Of a stretch of DNA of 64,000 bases, positions 63,178 to 64,000 are shown one piece after another. Below the pieces are notes generated by a model. That model saw nothing but the letters and a program-made list of their open reading frames with translations, ran no database searches and was not told the DNA's origin. The translations under genes were made by a program, and so were the position numbers. The DNA comes from Dimorphilus gyrociliatus (taxonomy: Eukaryota > Animalia > Annelida), in contig CAJFCJ010000036.1 in the NCBI GenBank assembly GCA_904063045.1, forward strand, positions 62,001 to 126,000, given 5' to 3'. Each line of letters starts with the position of its first letter. Position 1 is the stretch's first letter.

Positions 63178-64000
63178 ATGATGAACCACAGCGCAATTAA
63201 TTCGTTCTTGAAGACGCCCGACTACAGTTTGTATAGGGATCAAGTAAACAACGTTATGGCTCAGTTTAATATGTGGAACGATTGCGAACAAACTGTAGCA
63301 CTATTCAAGCTAGTCCATAGTATGAGGCCTACTCACGCACGCCTTCTATGCAGAACTCTTGAACAATCACTGAATAATGATGAGGCTTTAAAGAAAAGTG
63401 ACGAGGAGGCAAACGATTCCGCCTACTTGAGGCGACTTGCCCAGGAAACGGATACAGCAGGGGCTTTGAGAAATTTACTGGCTCATATTCCTCTTCTCCG
63501 TCCCGGTTTGAAAGAGGTCAAACAAGATTATATTTGTCTTATAAAACGCCTAATGCAATTGGCCGCTCACGAAGGACGTCAGACGGAAGAATGCCGCCAA
63601 TTGGCTATGTATCTTGTCTTGCACCCTGCTCTCACCCAGACCGAGATTCAAGAGTTTAAGACCTGGTATTCAGATCTGGAACAACAACAGCAGCTAATGT
63701 CGATTCGGGCCCCAAACGTGACATCTAACGACAAAGAAGAAAATACCAGCAGTTGGCCACCAAGCTCTCTAGGAGATTCCGGACTTGAATTAAATTACAT
63801 AGTTGATGATAATACATATGGCTCAGCTTGGACACAACATAGGCCCCTCGGCTATTCAGGCAGTATGGGCGTAACCAACAATGTTTCAACCACTCGTTTT
63901 AAGTTGCAAACTATTGATCCGACACCTCAGCCATGTTTTGAAAAATCCAAAGTTTGTTCAACTATATCGAGCCCACCTGGTCTATGTAACATTTATAATA
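63178..64000 (+). CDS. smg: Smaug/SAMD4-like RNA-binding translational repressor, 5' partial (runs off the window end)
   Basis: Open frame YRDQVNNVMAQFNMWNDCEQTVAL..HARLL..LEQSL..LLAHIPLLRPG..EECRQLAMYLVLHPA matches the Smaug/SAMD4 N-terminal region. Preceded by an acceptor at 63167 and a UTR-exon donor at 62797. Missed by the ORF track because no stop is reached. Confidence 0.92.
   Translation, partial: MMNHSAINSFLKTPDYSLYRDQVNNVMAQFNMWNDCEQTVALFKLVHSMRPTHARLLCRTLEQSLNNDEALKKSDEEANDSAYLRRLAQETDTAGALRNLLAHIPLLRPGLKEVKQDYICLIKRLMQLAAHEGRQTEECRQLAMYLVLHPALTQTEIQEFKTWYSDLEQQQQLMSIRAPNVTSNDKEENTSSWPPSSLGDSGLELNYIVDDNTYGSAWTQHRPLGYSGSMGVTNNVSTTRFKLQTIDPTPQPCFEKSKVCSTISSPPGLCNIYN

Noticed and set aside
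1-64000. CRISPR arrays, rRNA/tRNA genes, prokaryotic operons or defence systems
   Set aside because: None seen; spliceosomal introns and animal gene families show the DNA is eukaryotic.

Overview
AT-rich eukaryotic (invertebrate) genomic DNA with mostly 45-70 nt GT-AG introns. Gene content suggests a compact lophotrochozoan genome such as an annelid; this is inference and the species is not established. I saw no rRNA, tRNA or CRISPR array. The window is a dense receptor/lectin/cell-death gene neighbourhood interleaved with mobile elements: an internally deleted Ty3/Gypsy element, four Tc1-type elements (one intact, DD35E), and a family of ~207-bp MITEs with 8-9-bp target duplications and TTAGGG-like cores. 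Main results: (1) Two head-to-head paralogous GRL101/LGR-like receptors (SRCR-like, C-type-lectin-like, LDLa, LRR, 7TM, then a spliced C-terminal pseudokinase) are diverged throughout except for a 1,087-bp near-identical, GC-elevated inverted repeat (47295-48381 / 56162-57248). A crossover between the repeats would invert 7.8 kb and swap the ectodomains between the two signalling halves in frame. (2) A single spliced minus-strand gene (23443-28904) appears to encode two pseudo-caspase folds, ZU5/UPA-like modules with a PIDD-type HFS motif, and a third caspase fold that keeps its catalytic residues. (3) Two intron-containing GNAT acetyltransferases look bacterial in type. The window also holds F-type lectin, rhamnose-binding (SUEL) lectin, PAN/apple, cadherin-like, CXXC-rich/Ly6 and nuclear receptor genes, several decayed LGR, TRIM and DEG/ENaC relics, and the 5' part of a Smaug/SAMD4 homologue at the window end. 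All domain calls come from manual motif reading; no database search was run.
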